This document shows, piece after piece, positions 26,336 through 39,160 of a DNA stretch of 64,000 nt; within the stretch, counting starts at the first letter, position 1, and each line of letters opens with the position of its first letter. The position numbers were made by a program, and so were the translations under genes. The notes under the pieces were generated by a model. The model was given only the letters and a program-made list of their open reading frames with translations. It searched no databases and was not told where the DNA came from. The DNA is taken from assembly GCF_006345805.1 (NCBI RefSeq), contig NC_043001.1, positions 434,001 to 498,000 of the forward strand. Reading direction: 5' to 3'. The stretch is from Octopus sinensis (taxonomy: Eukaryota).

Positions 26336-27199
26336 TATCTATATATGTATAAATTGAACTGAAGTTAAATGTACTTTAAGATTGTAGATAGAATTCAAAA
26401 AGTTAGTGTTTCAAATCTTGGGTGTTCCCCGTCTTGTTTATTTCATAATTCCAACGTAGCCATTTAGGAACGGAAAACAAACTGGCAACCCATTTCAATA
26501 TTCTTGGATGTAAATACATGTTGAAGCTGTAGCTTAACAAAATATGAACAATGCCTTTTTCTTTTTTAAGTTCAAAACGTAAAACTCATACAATAATTAA
26601 GTGGTACAGTAATTAGCAGCTGGGCAAGATAGAAAAAAAAAAAGCTGGTGAAATGTTTTTGAAAGCTACAAAATTAAACTTTTCCTTCTGTCTTTTTTAA
26701 TAATTTTGTGAATATGTTGCCGAGTTTACTGCTTATGTTTTCTAATTTTCAGTATAATCATGATTTTGGTTGAATTTTATCAGGAATATTATGACAGGAG
26801 TTTCGTTGAGACTTTTATTCAGATATGAAGACTTTTATTATAAGCAGTCATAAGTAGGTTGTTGGTATTAAATTTCTCCACATTTATTAATTCTTTTTTA
26901 TATTTCCAAAATTGGGCATTTGCCTGTTGTTGATTCAATCATTTTTACACCTCAATGCCCTATACTCTGCTAATTGTTCATTTATATAAAATAAAACTGG
27001 AACTTATTGTTGGTAATGTACTCAAACTGATGATTATCCAAAAGTAGAAGTACAGTGACAGTAATGAAGTTTGAACTCACGACCATGGGGTCCTTAGTAT
27101 ACAGCACTCAACCAAAAGGTGATTGATATCTTCATCTCCTTTCCTACATATTTTTCATTTGCTATCTGACTGAGTTTCGTCAATCTTTGCCTTTATCAG

Positions 27200-27530
27200 A
27201 TTTGTCATTGAGTGGCTATAATTAGTATTTTGGTCTCTCGCTCCAAGCTCCAATCCATCAGCCACAGCCAAGACGTGGCTTTAATGATATTCCCTTCAAT
27301 TAATTTTGATTCTAGCACCTTCTTAATTCTCTTCTTGTACTCTTGTTTAGTGACTTTCTCTCTCATTTCTCCTCCCATTATTCTATAGTCTTGCAACACT
27401 CCTAGGTATTTGTATCTCTCATTATGCCCTAGTGATTTAATGATGTCGTCTTGTGATAATTTTATGCCATCAGAGTTTACCTTCCAGCCTATCTTCAAAA
27501 TTAACTCTGCACACTTATTTACCCCAACTG
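27200..27530 (-). mobile_element. R4/Dong-type LINE RT fragment
   Basis: NKCAELILKIG.KVNSDGIKL...YKYLGVL....MREKV..EYKKRIKKVLESKL..GNIIKA, homologous to the post-YMDD region of the element at 31620-33440. Confidence 0.75.
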
Positions 27531-27704
27531 TATTCCCTCCTCCTCCCCTCCTCCTCACCACTGCCGCTGCCACCACCATCACCATCCTCCTCCTCCTCCT
27601 CCTCCTCATCATCATCATCATCATCATTCATGGTGTACATGAATGTCTTGCATTCGGAATCAATATTCTTGATACCAGGTCATACTCAGTTTCTCTCTAA
27701 CATA

Positions 27705-29826
27705 CAAGACAGTGTGTTAGAGAGAATCAAAATGTGAGAGAGAGAAGTGTATATGGACAGACAATGGAATGCTTGCTCTTAGTGATCCTAAAAAGAAAGA
27801 GGTGTAGAAGAGCTATTATGAAGGATTATAAATGTGGAGAATGAGTGGGATAAAGGGAGTCTCCTTTATGTGAACCCAACAGAAGGACCAGCTGTCCTAG
27901 TTGACAGTAGCATGGTAGTTAATGCAATTATATTTATAAAGGCGAGGAAGGCCCCTGGTCCATCAGGAATGACTGCAGAGAAGCTTAAGATATCTGGTGG
28001 AGTTCGATACAGCCTAGTCAAGCGCATAGTAACTCAGGTTACTCAGGAAGGCATAATCCCTAGTGACTGGCGCTGCAGCATCATCGTCAGCTGCTGCAAG
28101 GGAAATGGAGCTACCTTTCATAGACATAATTATAGAAGCATCAAATTGCTGGACCAGATGATGAAAGTTGCCAAGAGAGTTATAGCTTGATTAGGAACAG
28201 ATTTAGACTAGATGAAATGCAGTTTGGCTTTGTCCCAGGGCGAAACACCCCTATTTTCATAGTCAGGCAACTGCAAGAGAAGTATTTGGCCAAGAACAAG
28301 TTGTTGTATTTGGCATTTGTTGATCTAGAGAAAGCCTTCACTTGAGTAAACCATTCTGTAACATGGTGGTCTCTGAGGAAGCTAGGGCTAGACGAATGGC
28401 TTGTGAAAGTAGTACAGGCCATGTACAGGAGTGTTGTTAGTAAGGTAAAGAGTCAGCCATGGGTACAGTGATGAATTTAGTGTACAAGTTGGTGCCCACC
28501 AACGCTTGGTTCTCAGCCCCACTCCTATTTATCAACATCTTCCAGGCCATAACAGAGAAATTTAAGGCTGAGAACTACTATATGCTGATGATGTTATCCT
28601 CATAACAGAATCTGTAACAGAATTAAAAGGAAAATTCAAGGGGTGGAAACAGGACCTGGAATCAAAGGGTCTTAGAGTTAACTTAACAAAGACCAAGATC
28701 CTAATAAACAAGAAATTAGACAGGACCCTTCACCCTTCAGGTAAATGGCCCTGTATGATGTGTAGGAAAGGTGTAGGCAGAAATTCTATTTGGTGTACAC
28801 AGTGCAAGCCATGGACACACAAGAGGTGCAATGGAATAGTAGGAAGGTTAGCAGAGAATGTAGTGTTTGTATGTGGAAGATATACAGGAGCTATAAAGAC
28901 CACAGATACATGAGAAACTAATTTTCTCAAGTATCCTGGAAGTTCTCTGGAAGTTGTAGTTAATATCTGCTACCTTGGTGACCTAATTAGCAGTGGAGGA
29001 GGGTGTAAAGAAGTTGCTATTGCAAGAATATGTATAGGACAGAAAAAGTTTGGAGAGATTTTACTCTTTTGGAAACCAAAGGTCTCTCTCCAAATGAAAG
29101 GAAGATTGTCTGATGCATGTGTACGAACTAAATGCTACATCATAGTGAGACATGGGCCCTGAATGCAGAAGATATGCAAAGACTAGAGAGGACTGAAGCT
29201 GGTATGCTCCTCTGGATGTGTAATGTCAGTGTACATGTGCAACAGACCACTAGTGTATTGTGAGAAAAGTTAAGTATAAGAAGAATTACATGCAGTGTGC
29301 AAGAGACGAGACTGTGCTGGTATGGTCATGTGATGCAGATGAATGAAGAGAGTCGCATTAAGAAGTGTCAATCATTTAAAAAGGAGAGAAGTTGAGGAAG
29401 AGGAAGACCCAGGAAGACTTGGGATGAAGTATTGAAGGCTGATCTCAAAGCACTGAACCTTATGAAAGAGATGACAGAAGACTGAGGTATGTGGTGCATT
29501 GCTGTACTCAGGAAGAGATACCCATCACAACAGGATTGAGATCTTAGTACCAAGTGCCATGTCAAAAAAGCATATGTATGGGTATTGGTGCCACAGGCAA
29601 AACACTGGTGTTGGTACTGCATAAAAGCACTACTGTTGGTGCCACGTAAAAAGCACTCATTCTACTCTGTAAACTGGTTGGTATTAGGAGGGGCATCCAG
29701 CTGTAGAAACCAAGCTAAAACAGGCAAGGAACATGTTGCAGCCCCTGCCCTTACCAGTTCCTGTCAGGACAACCAACCCATACCAGCATAGAAAATAGAT
29801 GTTAAATGATGTTGATAATGATGATC
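27705..29826 (+). mobile_element. RTE-clade LINE copy 2; 5'-truncated and more degenerate; same family as copy 1
   Basis: Collinear with copy 1 from about nt 575: KAPGPSG, NYRSIKLLDQ, QFGFVPG, FVDLEKAF, YADD (~28580), PHD-like finger (28752-28883), CWYGHV, then the GCCACGTAAAAAGCAC module and degenerate (GAT)n tail. Confidence 0.88.
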
Positions 29827-30136
29827 AAGTACCTTTCTTACAACCCTTTGTGTTCTGAATGGAACCTACATTATTCTCGTTGAGGTTAACACTACTACTG
29901 AGGCTTTTCCTGATTGTCTGAATCTGGGCCTCATGAGGAAAGCCTCTATTTTGGATTATTTTTATCTGATTCATGAGCCCATTTTCCAACTAATCTCTTA
30001 CCCTCCAAATTGCTGCATTGTGCCTAAAGCGTCATCAACATCATCATCGTTATTATGTAGAGGAACTCAAATGTGTGCAGTCCCCTAGCAATCCATCTAC
30101 AATGACCTCCACCTCATGTTTTCATCATAGAGGGTG

Positions 30137-31620
30137 CATGTCTGGTGTCAGTGGGCCCTGATCAAATTGGATCAGTCAAAAGCCTTTGATAGGGTCACCC
30201 ATTGCTACTTTGCAACAGTTCTAAAAGCAGTCAATTTTGAACCTGTTTTCAGTGGCTGGATTGCAGCAATGGTCAGTAGTGCTTGCATACTTGATCCATC
30301 AGTGATGTCCTCTCTCATCTCTTCTATATGCTCTGCACTCAGGCCTTTGCTGCATAAGTAAGAACTCTCGAAGGACATCCTTTTCAAATTATGATGTGGG
30401 AGAGCTGGGTTGACATATGTGGATGATGACATCACCATAATGGTGCTAGGAACTATGGAAGTTCAGGTAAAAGGAATATGAGGCAATGACGAGCATAAAT
30501 CCAGATAAGTGAGCTTGTGACTTGGCAGCTAGAGAGGCAAGCCTAACTTTTGAATATCATTCTAGGACAGATGGACCAGTAAAATTGTTCTGGGTTTAGT
30601 TTGGCATGGACCTTTAGGTGAACAAGAGCTGGGATGATTTTTAATAGCAGAATGGCCAGCCTCACACAGAAATGGGCTGAAAGGAAGTTATTCCTGAAAG
30701 GTTGAGTTGAGGCAGTGAATATTTACATCACTTCCATAATAACTTACTGTCTGACTGTTGTACATTGCTCCAGTCTACATTTGGTTGGTTGGACTGGAAC
30801 ATATTTTTCTCTGCTTCTTGTGGAACAGATGTATTCCACATTCTTTGGAGCTGCAGCACTGGCTCTAGTAAAGACCAAGATTGGCCCCCTGGCATTTGGA
30901 ATCTCACCAAACACTCACCACCCTCTACCAGCTGGGAAATGAGGTTGGTGGAAGTTCTACATTAGCCTTATAGAGAAATATAGTGATGGATATAAGTGAT
31001 GATGTTTTTGGGGAAACTCTTGGCAGTATGAACTAACTGGTCTGTCTGGGCCAGGATCTGCTATGAATAACTTTTAGAAAAGCCTGATCTGGCAGTGCTA
31101 CAACAGGCATGGAAGCACCATCATGTGAGACTGCCTGAGATGTATGTAGAGCAACAAAACCATACTGAATGCACTCGTGTGGTATCTGAACATTGCTGAC
31201 TTATGGAGATATGTCAAACAGCTGTTATTGCATGGAAGACAAATTTGATTATAGGCTGAATCTATTATAAGTATTGACTTACCACCCACCTTTAACAAGG
31301 CAGGGCAGGTGGTGAAAGAAGTTGTGTAGTGGATGAATCTGAAAGGATAATGGAAAGACATCGTCCACTTCATCAGGCCCTCATTGACTTTTTCAAGATC
31401 AACTCGGAAAAGAAGTGAGGGTAGAGAGGGAGGTGTTGTCTTCCGTTGAATTTGTGAGAAGATGGGTGACTGTCGAAAAAATGGTTAGGGTGAATGGACT
31501 GATTCTAAGCATGCACTTCTCAAGTGCTTGGTCTTGTTTGCTCTGGTTGATTCTGTGAGAACAGACAGCAGCTTGTTATCAGAGGTCACACAGGGTCTCT
31601 TTCTGCACCATATAAGCTTT
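30137..31620 (+). mobile_element. Degenerate Tx1/L1-group LINE remnant
   Basis: ALIKLDQSKAFDRVTH (from 30155) and TYVDDDIT (~30413-30436). Its C-terminal part is similar to a second fragment at 37260-37430. Confidence 0.6.
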
Positions 31621-33440
31621 GATACTTGGCTAATTATCATGGAAGACATTCAACACCCAAGACCCAATCTCAAAATCCTAGCTGTCCCCAGCCGAGCAGT
31701 TTTGGGGTCTTGCTCTGCCCTCCTGTCAATTCCAATTTCTCTGACATATTTCTTGAACCTGGTTGTTAGTGCTCCAAGTGACCCTACAACTACCAGGATG
31801 ACAGACACTCTCCTCAGTCGATATTCTTGCAATTTTGTCTTTTCGTAGTCTGCAGTTTTCCATCTTTTCTAGTTCTTTGTCACTTATGCATGCATCCCTA
31901 GGTATTGCAATATCTATTATCTTGGTCTCCTTTTTTCCTTTTTCTGCCACAACAATGTCTGGTCTCTGAGCTTTGATTAGGGAGTCACATTGGATTGTAA
32001 AACCCCATAGTATCTTATGGTATTCCTTGTTCTTGGTAATTCCTTCTGGTTCCTGTTTGTACCATTTCTGTGCTCTGTACAGGCCATACTTTTCACATAG
32101 CCTCCAGTGGATGAACTTAGCCATGTTAATGTGCCTCCTTTTATAGTGCTTTTGGGCCAGCTTGCTATACTCACTCACAATATGTGAGATTGTTTCACTT
32201 TTGCCACCACATATCCTACAAAGGAGTAATTTACTGTTCTTATCTATTTAGAACTTGGTGTAATTAGCTCTCAGAGTTTGTTCCTGGGTGTTGCATATCA
32301 AAGCCTCAGTGCATCCTTTCAGATCACTTTTTCTTGGCCATCTCCAAGTGCTTGGTCTTGTCTTTTCCTTCAATTTCTCTCAAGTATTGCCCATGCAGTG
32401 ATTTCATTTTCAAATTGTTTATCCTTTCTTCATTTTGTTTCTTCAAGACTTACGGGTGCATCACATTTTCGGTAGGTATTGTATTGCTAAATATAACAGT
32501 GGCAAGTAAGGATTTGCTCTGTGGTTTGATGTACCATCCCAGACTCTTCTTCTTGTTGACAACGCAGATCTTGCATCTTATGAGGCTTCTTCCTCTGCTA
32601 TTCCTTGGCACACAAAGTCTATCAGTATTGCTTTTGGGGTGCAGTTCCTTGTTAATAGTCATCACTTTTCTGGCTTTCCTCTCCATTTCCTCAAGCTTGC
32701 TCTTTGTCCACCTAACAACACCTGTGCCACATTGCAGTAAGGAAACAGCCAATGTATTCATTGCCCTGATCTTGTTTTTTTCCATTGAGCCTATTGATTT
32801 GGTTCTTCTGAGATATTCTCACCTAAAGCTTTCCTTCATTTCACTTTCCTTGATTTTGTCATATTCCAAAATACCCAGCTATTCATATCCATTAGTCTCA
32901 ATCTCCTAGATTTTCTTGCCATTGGTTAGTTCTACACCATCAGATGACACTACTTGTCTTTTTTTATTATAAACATGCCATACATTTTAGTCCCAAATTC
33001 CGTTTCAATATCCTTACTGAAGATCTGCACTGTAGAAACTAGGCCATTTATTCCACATTCAGTCTTCCCAAAGATCTTTAAGTCATCCATATATATAACA
33101 GACGATTTAATTTTCCTCTTCTTTTCAAGGTGTACACTGATGTTACTTTCTAGAATATTTTTGTGAGGGGTATCATACACACCACAAACAGCAATGCTGG
33201 TTGGCTGTCTCCTTGAAATATACCTTGCCAAAGAATTTCCTCATAAATTTAACTCTGTGTTCCAATTCTTCATTGATCTCCAAATAAAATTTGATATGTT
33301 ATCAGACACCTGTACCAGCTCAAGACTTTATAAAATCCAGGAAGGGGGGAGGGGGAACATTTTTCAGTCAATATCTTTGTACTTCATCTGGGCCTTGGGA
33401 TCTTTGTGTCATTATTCTAATATTGCCCTGTTCCACTTCA
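31620..33440 (-). mobile_element. R4/Dong-clade non-LTR retrotransposon with restriction-like endonuclease; 5'-truncated and disrupted
   Basis: YMDDLKIFG (33082-33093), LHPKS..DRL.VPR..RGR, CRICGGKSETISHIVSE(Y) CCHC knuckle (32167-32220), RH, RPDIVV (31957-31965), IIDIAIP, VVGSLG, C-terminal LGTARILR; stop at 31650. Confidence 0.88.
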
Positions 33441-33458
33441 TTTTATTATTATTATTAT

Positions 33459-34002
33459 TGAGTGAGAGAGCAGTGCATGCCACCAAAGTGACACTGGGGT
33501 AAAATATACAAAGCCCAGTATACCCATCATGACTACCCATCTCATAAGGGTACACTAGGCACATGCATCACAACCATATGTGCACGACATGGGGATTTCA
33601 TATGAAGATAAACAGCATATGACCTTGCAGGTGTGGCCCAGTTAGAGTTTCCTTTAGGTCAAGTAGTCCATCCTGCTTAAAAGGTCCTTGAATAAAGATT
33701 GATTAAAGATGTTGAACGAACCACCCATGTTTCCAAAGGTGAATTATCCAAACCCCAAATAATTCCTCTCAACACATGGCTTTGATGCTCCCCACTACTT
33801 CTGCTCCTGATCAGAAAGACACATATCATCAACCACTAAGGGACATGCCCAATTGGTTACGGTCAATCAACTGACAAGCAAATCTGTAGAATCGAGCAGA
33901 ATATTTACTTTCATTCCAACACAAAACAATGTACATAATAACACTTCCAATCAGTTAAGATCAGAAGCTATGAGAGCCACTACCTGGTACTGCATCAGGG
34001 CA
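33459..34002 (-). mobile_element. 544-bp non-coding interspersed element X, flanked on both sides by (TAA)n
   Basis: Full-length collinear reverse complement of 49713-50243; no ORF, no terminal inverted repeats. (TTA)n at 33442-33458 and 34003-34023. Confidence 0.8.
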
Positions 34003-34023
34003 TTTATTATTATTATTATTATT

Positions 34024-34196
34024 CCTTCGTAACACAGTGTAGGGAAAAATGCATCGGAGTCTTTATTCATCTGTCAAGTCACAACAAGGACCTCAGACAG
34101 ATAATACTTTCCTCAAGATGTGCACTGCTCCCAATAAGGTTGCTTTTTGCAAGTCATCAATCTTGCATGAGATTTCCAGTTGCCTTAAAAAGTATC
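34024..34196 (-). mobile_element. Short 3' end of an R4/Dong-type LINE embedded in (TAA)n
   Basis: Minus strand reads YFLRQLEISCKIDDLQKATLLGAVHILRKVLSV*, then a short UTR. (TTA)n lies on both sides (34003-34023 and 34200-34243). Confidence 0.72.
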
Positions 34197-34197
34197 A

Positions 34198-34246
<49 letters not shown>

Positions 34247-34882
34247 AAATATTGTGACAAGCATCTGTGTGGCAGGAAGCTACTCAGTAAACTGAATTGT
34301 GAAGCACCTCAAAGTCTCGTTGCAAATCTTTCTACTTGTTTTAGTCTTTCCAGAATGATATGAATATTTATATTCCGTTACAATGCCAAAGCTTTATGTC
34401 TACACATAAATATACAACAAATTTCCAATACAGTGGAAAGTTATGAAAAGTGCTGTTCTTAAGCTGCAAAAGGTTTATACTGTGAAATGGTTAATGTTCT
34501 TGGACTCAAGAATTTGATAAAATTTAATAAAATAATGACTGCTTTTTTGTATAAGTTGGTATACAGTACCTAGCTTAAAAAAGGTTTTTACACATATTTC
34601 TCATGATGCAGAGATTTAATTATAAATACTCTCAAGTGAGAGGTTTTGTTAGTATCCTGGAGCCAGAGATTGTCTCTGGAAGGTTTGTACCAGAAAGGCT
34701 GTAAAATAGAATGGAATAGAGAGAAAAGAAAACTTTCTGCAGTGTTTGCAATCACTAAAATGATTTTTTATCCCTCGTAATAAAGCGATGTGTGTCTGCT
34801 CATTTGAATCTTACAGAATAGCAGAATGTGTTAAACAGTAAATTCAATTATAATAACTTTCTCTTTGACATTTGATTGGTGA

Positions 34883-34909
34883 TTAGGGTTAGGGTTAGGG
34901 TTAGGGTTA
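34883..34909 (+). repeat. Interstitial (TTAGGG)4 telomere-type repeat
   Basis: Four perfect TTAGGG units followed by TTA. Confidence 0.9.
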
Positions 34910-37259
34910 CTGCTGAAGTAATGCCACTGGTCTTTTTTCACTCCTTGGTTACATGTTTTGGTTGTCTAAGTATAAAGATTTATGACGAGGATGTATATAT
35001 ACATGTATGAGTACAGTCACAGACCCTTTTCCTTTTATTGCACATGACTTGGCAGTCCCCTTGCATGCTCTCCTAGCAGCTAGTGTGCTAGCTTGGAGAG
35101 AGATCAACTGAAATACTAGGGCACTTACTTTAGAACTTACTAAGCTAGTCACCATTTTTGTTAAGTCTCAAGAGATCTGTTTTCCTCTGGATTTGAACTC
35201 AGAGCACATAGAATCAGAACAAATATCACTAAACATTCTGTGTAACACAATGACAACTTTACCAATTTAATATCACGTGTATGTGTGTGTGTGTGTGCGT
35301 GTGTGTGTGTGTGCATGCGTGTGTGTATGTGTTAATCCACTCTTATATGTTTATCTTTATATGTTTACCTCATGGATGAACAGTTTTACAGAATGCTCTA
35401 TCCCTATCATAATATGGATCACCAGCTTCAAAAAGTGTTCTGTTATACAGAAGTTATAAAAAATGTAATTCAATGGAATCTTTTAGAATTCTTCTCTCTC
35501 AGTCATAGACGAAGTATCTCTGTTATGGATCTGGCATTCTTATCTCATAGGTTGAAATGTTCAGCATGTATCCTGTAACACTTATTTAAATAACTTGCAG
35601 GAAAATATGAAATAAAAAAGGTTGAGGATTTTCCTAAAAACAAAGAAAACCCCTTAAAAATATGATCTCCCCTCCCCTCTATACTGTCGACTATATTTTT
35701 ATACAGTTTTTGTTATTCATCTGTTATGCTTTGTCGCAAAAAAAAAAAAACAAAAAAAAAAAACAGAAAGAATATTTTCAGAAACGTATTCTACAATTCG
35801 TATTTAGTTAGCATTCTCAAAGTAAATTTCAATTCTAAAATTATTGAATTTTTTTTTTTGTTTTTATGTTTTTGTTTTGTTTTACCTCCAATTATTATTA
35901 TTGTTGTTGTTGTTTAAGTTTGTAGAAGAAAATGAAACACACCTAGAATCATATTTTTTAAAATTCTAGTATTTGATAATTCTAAGCAAAGAAGCAAAGA
36001 AGTTTCTTTACCAAGTTTCTGAAATTTTGTTGTGTTGTAATAAGTATATTGTTTCTTATTTTTTTCTAGCTTCTCATTTTTTAAACCCCACTTCCAAGGA
36101 AGGGAGATGGAATCCTCCTTCCTTTTGAAATGTAAAAAAAAAAAAAAAAGAAATTAAAAAAATTAATAAACAAGACTTTTATTTAACCTACATCAACCAT
36201 TTTGTTTCTCCTTGTTTTGTTCTCAGGAATTTTACAATGCTAGGTAAGAAATCATATTGACTTAATAAAAGGAGAAAAATACATGCTGTCGATATTGTGC
36301 CGTATAGGTAAATATAAATGGATGTTTTGTGTATATAATGTATGATAAGAGTTCTGTCACTTTTCTAGACAAATATTTGTGTAGATACACATTCATACAG
36401 AGATAATATCTCTTTTCTTCTGATGGGTAAAGGTTTTTTTGTAGGGTCTCCACACAAGTGCATGCATGTATGTAGTATGTATGTATGTATGTATGTATGT
36501 ATGTCTCTAAGAGCTTATATTATAATTGAAAGTATTTGGGTTTATTCCCAAGAGTATCACAGAGATCTCTGAGAGTGCAAAGTATGGAACTAGATACACC
36601 TATGTTCTTTAGTTTACTTCATTTATGGTTTAAGGGAGATTTAGGTTCTTGTTCTAGCTCAAGTGAGCACATGGATACCCCTTTGTTAGTTTCTATTAAC
36701 TATTGATGTTTATAACCAATTAAAGTTATTGCCATTATGATGATGATGATAGTCATTGAAGAAGGGTGAGATATTTCGTTTAATATTGAGGTCTAAATAC
36801 AAATATTGCTGCAGTTGGCTTTGCTTTTAACTTCTTGAGGGTTGAGTATATAAGCAGCAGTAAAATAGACTGCTATTAAAATTGGAATTGCTGTTAATCA
36901 AAACATACCATTGTTCTAATTCTTCCTCATCATTATTATTATTGCATTTGGAATGTTATCTGGCACTTGCAGCTCTCTTCCAATCAAACAATGTTGTTGG
37001 TGGAACTTCCACTTTTGTGATCTGTAGAAGATTATTGGTGGGTAAGAGAGTAGCGATGTTCTCGAGGAAACTTTTGGTATTGATGAGGATAAACTAGCTA
37101 GTCTGGTTTGGAAATCTTTGAGCTGGGGACTATAACAGATAACTTTCACAAATCCTTTGTGTGGAATTGCTATGATGAGGTACAACTAGTTTGAGATTAA
37201 CTCTTCAGGCATGGAAGTAATGCCAGGTGGAACTGTCTAAAATACATGAAGGGCAAACT

Positions 37260-37430
37260 GTTTGAACATAGATACCTTCTTTGATCAAACCCTCATTGAC
37301 TTTAAGAGGTTTCACTTGGAAAGGAAAGTGAAGTTGGCAGAGAAGTGTTCTCCTCCAGCAAGTATATCAAAAGGTGGGTGACTGCAGCAAAAGTGGTCCA
37401 CGTGAGTGAAGTTATTCTAAGCATGTAACA
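37260..37430 (+). mobile_element. Second Tx1/L1-type C-terminal fragment
   Basis: cctcattgacttt...ggaaag.aagtga...gggtgactg...aaaa.tgg...gtga.tg...attctaagcatg aligns by eye with 31377-31512. Confidence 0.5.
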
Positions 37431-37539
37431 GGTGATTAGAGGATAATATTCCAGGGAAGGTTTGTGACATTTGTGCTCAGGGTTAATAAAATTAATTATT
37501 ATTATTATTGTCTTCTTTATTTTGTGGTAGTCTTAAATA

Positions 37540-38310
37540 CTGGTAAAGCACTGGGGTCAGTTTAATTGACTAACTATCTCCCTGAAAATTATAGACTGTG
37601 TGCCTCTACTAGAAAAAATTACTATGACGGTGCCCCAGCATGGCCACAGCTCATAAGCTGAAACTAGAATCAATCAATCAATCATGACTAATATGAAAAG
37701 CAATAGTTTGGCTGAATCGGTCGGTTGTTGGACAAAATGCTTTTATAAAATTTCCCTTTGTATTCTGCATTCTAATCTTCTAGAGTTCAACTTCATCTTT
37801 CATTCTTCTGGGGTTGATTAAATAAGGGAGCAGTCATGTACTTGGATTGATCTAATTAATTATACTCCCCCACCCCGGCTCAAAAAATTTGTGTCATTGT
37901 ACTACTGAAATTGGTGCCATCCTAAAGTGGGTTACTGAGTGAGTGATAGAAACAGTAAAGCTTTTGGCTTAATATATTTAGCTCCACCCCTTTACATTTT
38001 GAGTTTAAATCCTTTTGAGGTCAACATTACCTCTTCTTATAGACTGATAAAATAAATATCAGTAAACGATTGAGATCAACCCCTATCTAACTACTTGCTC
38101 TTCTCTCCCAAAATAAAAAAAAAAGTTTGTGGTCTTGTACCTGTCTGAGAAGCCATTATTCTTTTATGCCTGTGAATAACAATGAATGGCTGGAAATGGC
38201 AGAGTACTGGGCAAAATGTTCAGTTATAAATGCTCTTAGTTCAAATCTGTCACTGTTGATTTTACCTTTCATCATTGAGGGATTTAAACCCCGGGTCAAT
38301 CCTTATTAAA
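37540..38310 (+). mobile_element. Cluster of degenerate family B SINE copies and a family C tail
   Basis: Repeated gagttcaa/gagtttaaatcc...ctttcat...ggggttgat.aaataa blocks; tail gtgccccagcatggccacagc...ctgaaactagaatcaatcaatc. Confidence 0.5.
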
Positions 38311-38832
38311 AAGGGTTCTGATCAAAGACATTTCAGCTGTGACCATCCTGTCTGTCTTGATCTTATGTCTACAACAACATTATTTAAAAGTACTTTCCTT
38401 AAGATGGCTGTGACAGGAGTGAGATTGGGCTACTATCTGTTGTAACTGAATGACCACATAAAGATTTATTGGCTGGTGCTAGGGGCAAATCCATGCAGGA
38501 CAGTAGCTTCTGTTGCATGACTGGGAGCTCAGTCAATGAACTTGGGGGTCTGGTTGGGAACAAACTTTCTGTTGGAAAAAAACCGAGAAAAGTTCACAAG
38601 CAAAGAGGTGAGTCTCATCTAGAAGAAGCTGATGTCTGGCATGTATTGAACTTGATACACCAGCACAAATTCCTGAATGATGGTTAATAGATGCAGTTGC
38701 TGTCAGTCACAGCTTTTCACAGCTTGTCTCTTTAACCAAATTTTCAATCGTGAATTAGAGTTAAACACAGACCAAGGTTGGGTGCTTGTCCTCTGGAATG
38801 TTACCCGGTGCTCACAGCTCTCTACCATGTAG

Positions 38833-39160
38833 ACCAAGAATTCTCAACCATCTTTTATCTATGAACCCTTTTGATTACTATTTTATTCTGGTGGACACCT
38901 CACCACTCATAGCCATTCGATGTTAAAAACTATTTTATAGAAACTTCTTTCAAAATTCTTATTTTGTTTTTTTCTATTAACTCATGTAGGTTGAACTGAA
39001 TAAAACATTAGAGAAAGAAACTGAACTGTTTCGTGCAACACACTCACAAATACATATGGCTAAAGCAATTTATTTTCAGTAGTCCTTAAAATATTATTGT
39101 GGGTCCCCAATTTACTAATTCATTGTGTGAACCCCCATGTAGAGAGTTGGGGAATAGTAC
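38833..39160. mobile_element. Possible degenerate hAT-type MITE
   Basis: Left end caagaattctcaacc resembles CAGTGGTTCTCAACC-type termini; the right end agttggggaatagt is only a weak inverted match. Confidence 0.3.

Noticed and set aside
36900-37190. ORF-like segment after a short TTA tract, possibly another RLE-LINE end
   Set aside because: No frame gave a motif I could assign with confidence.
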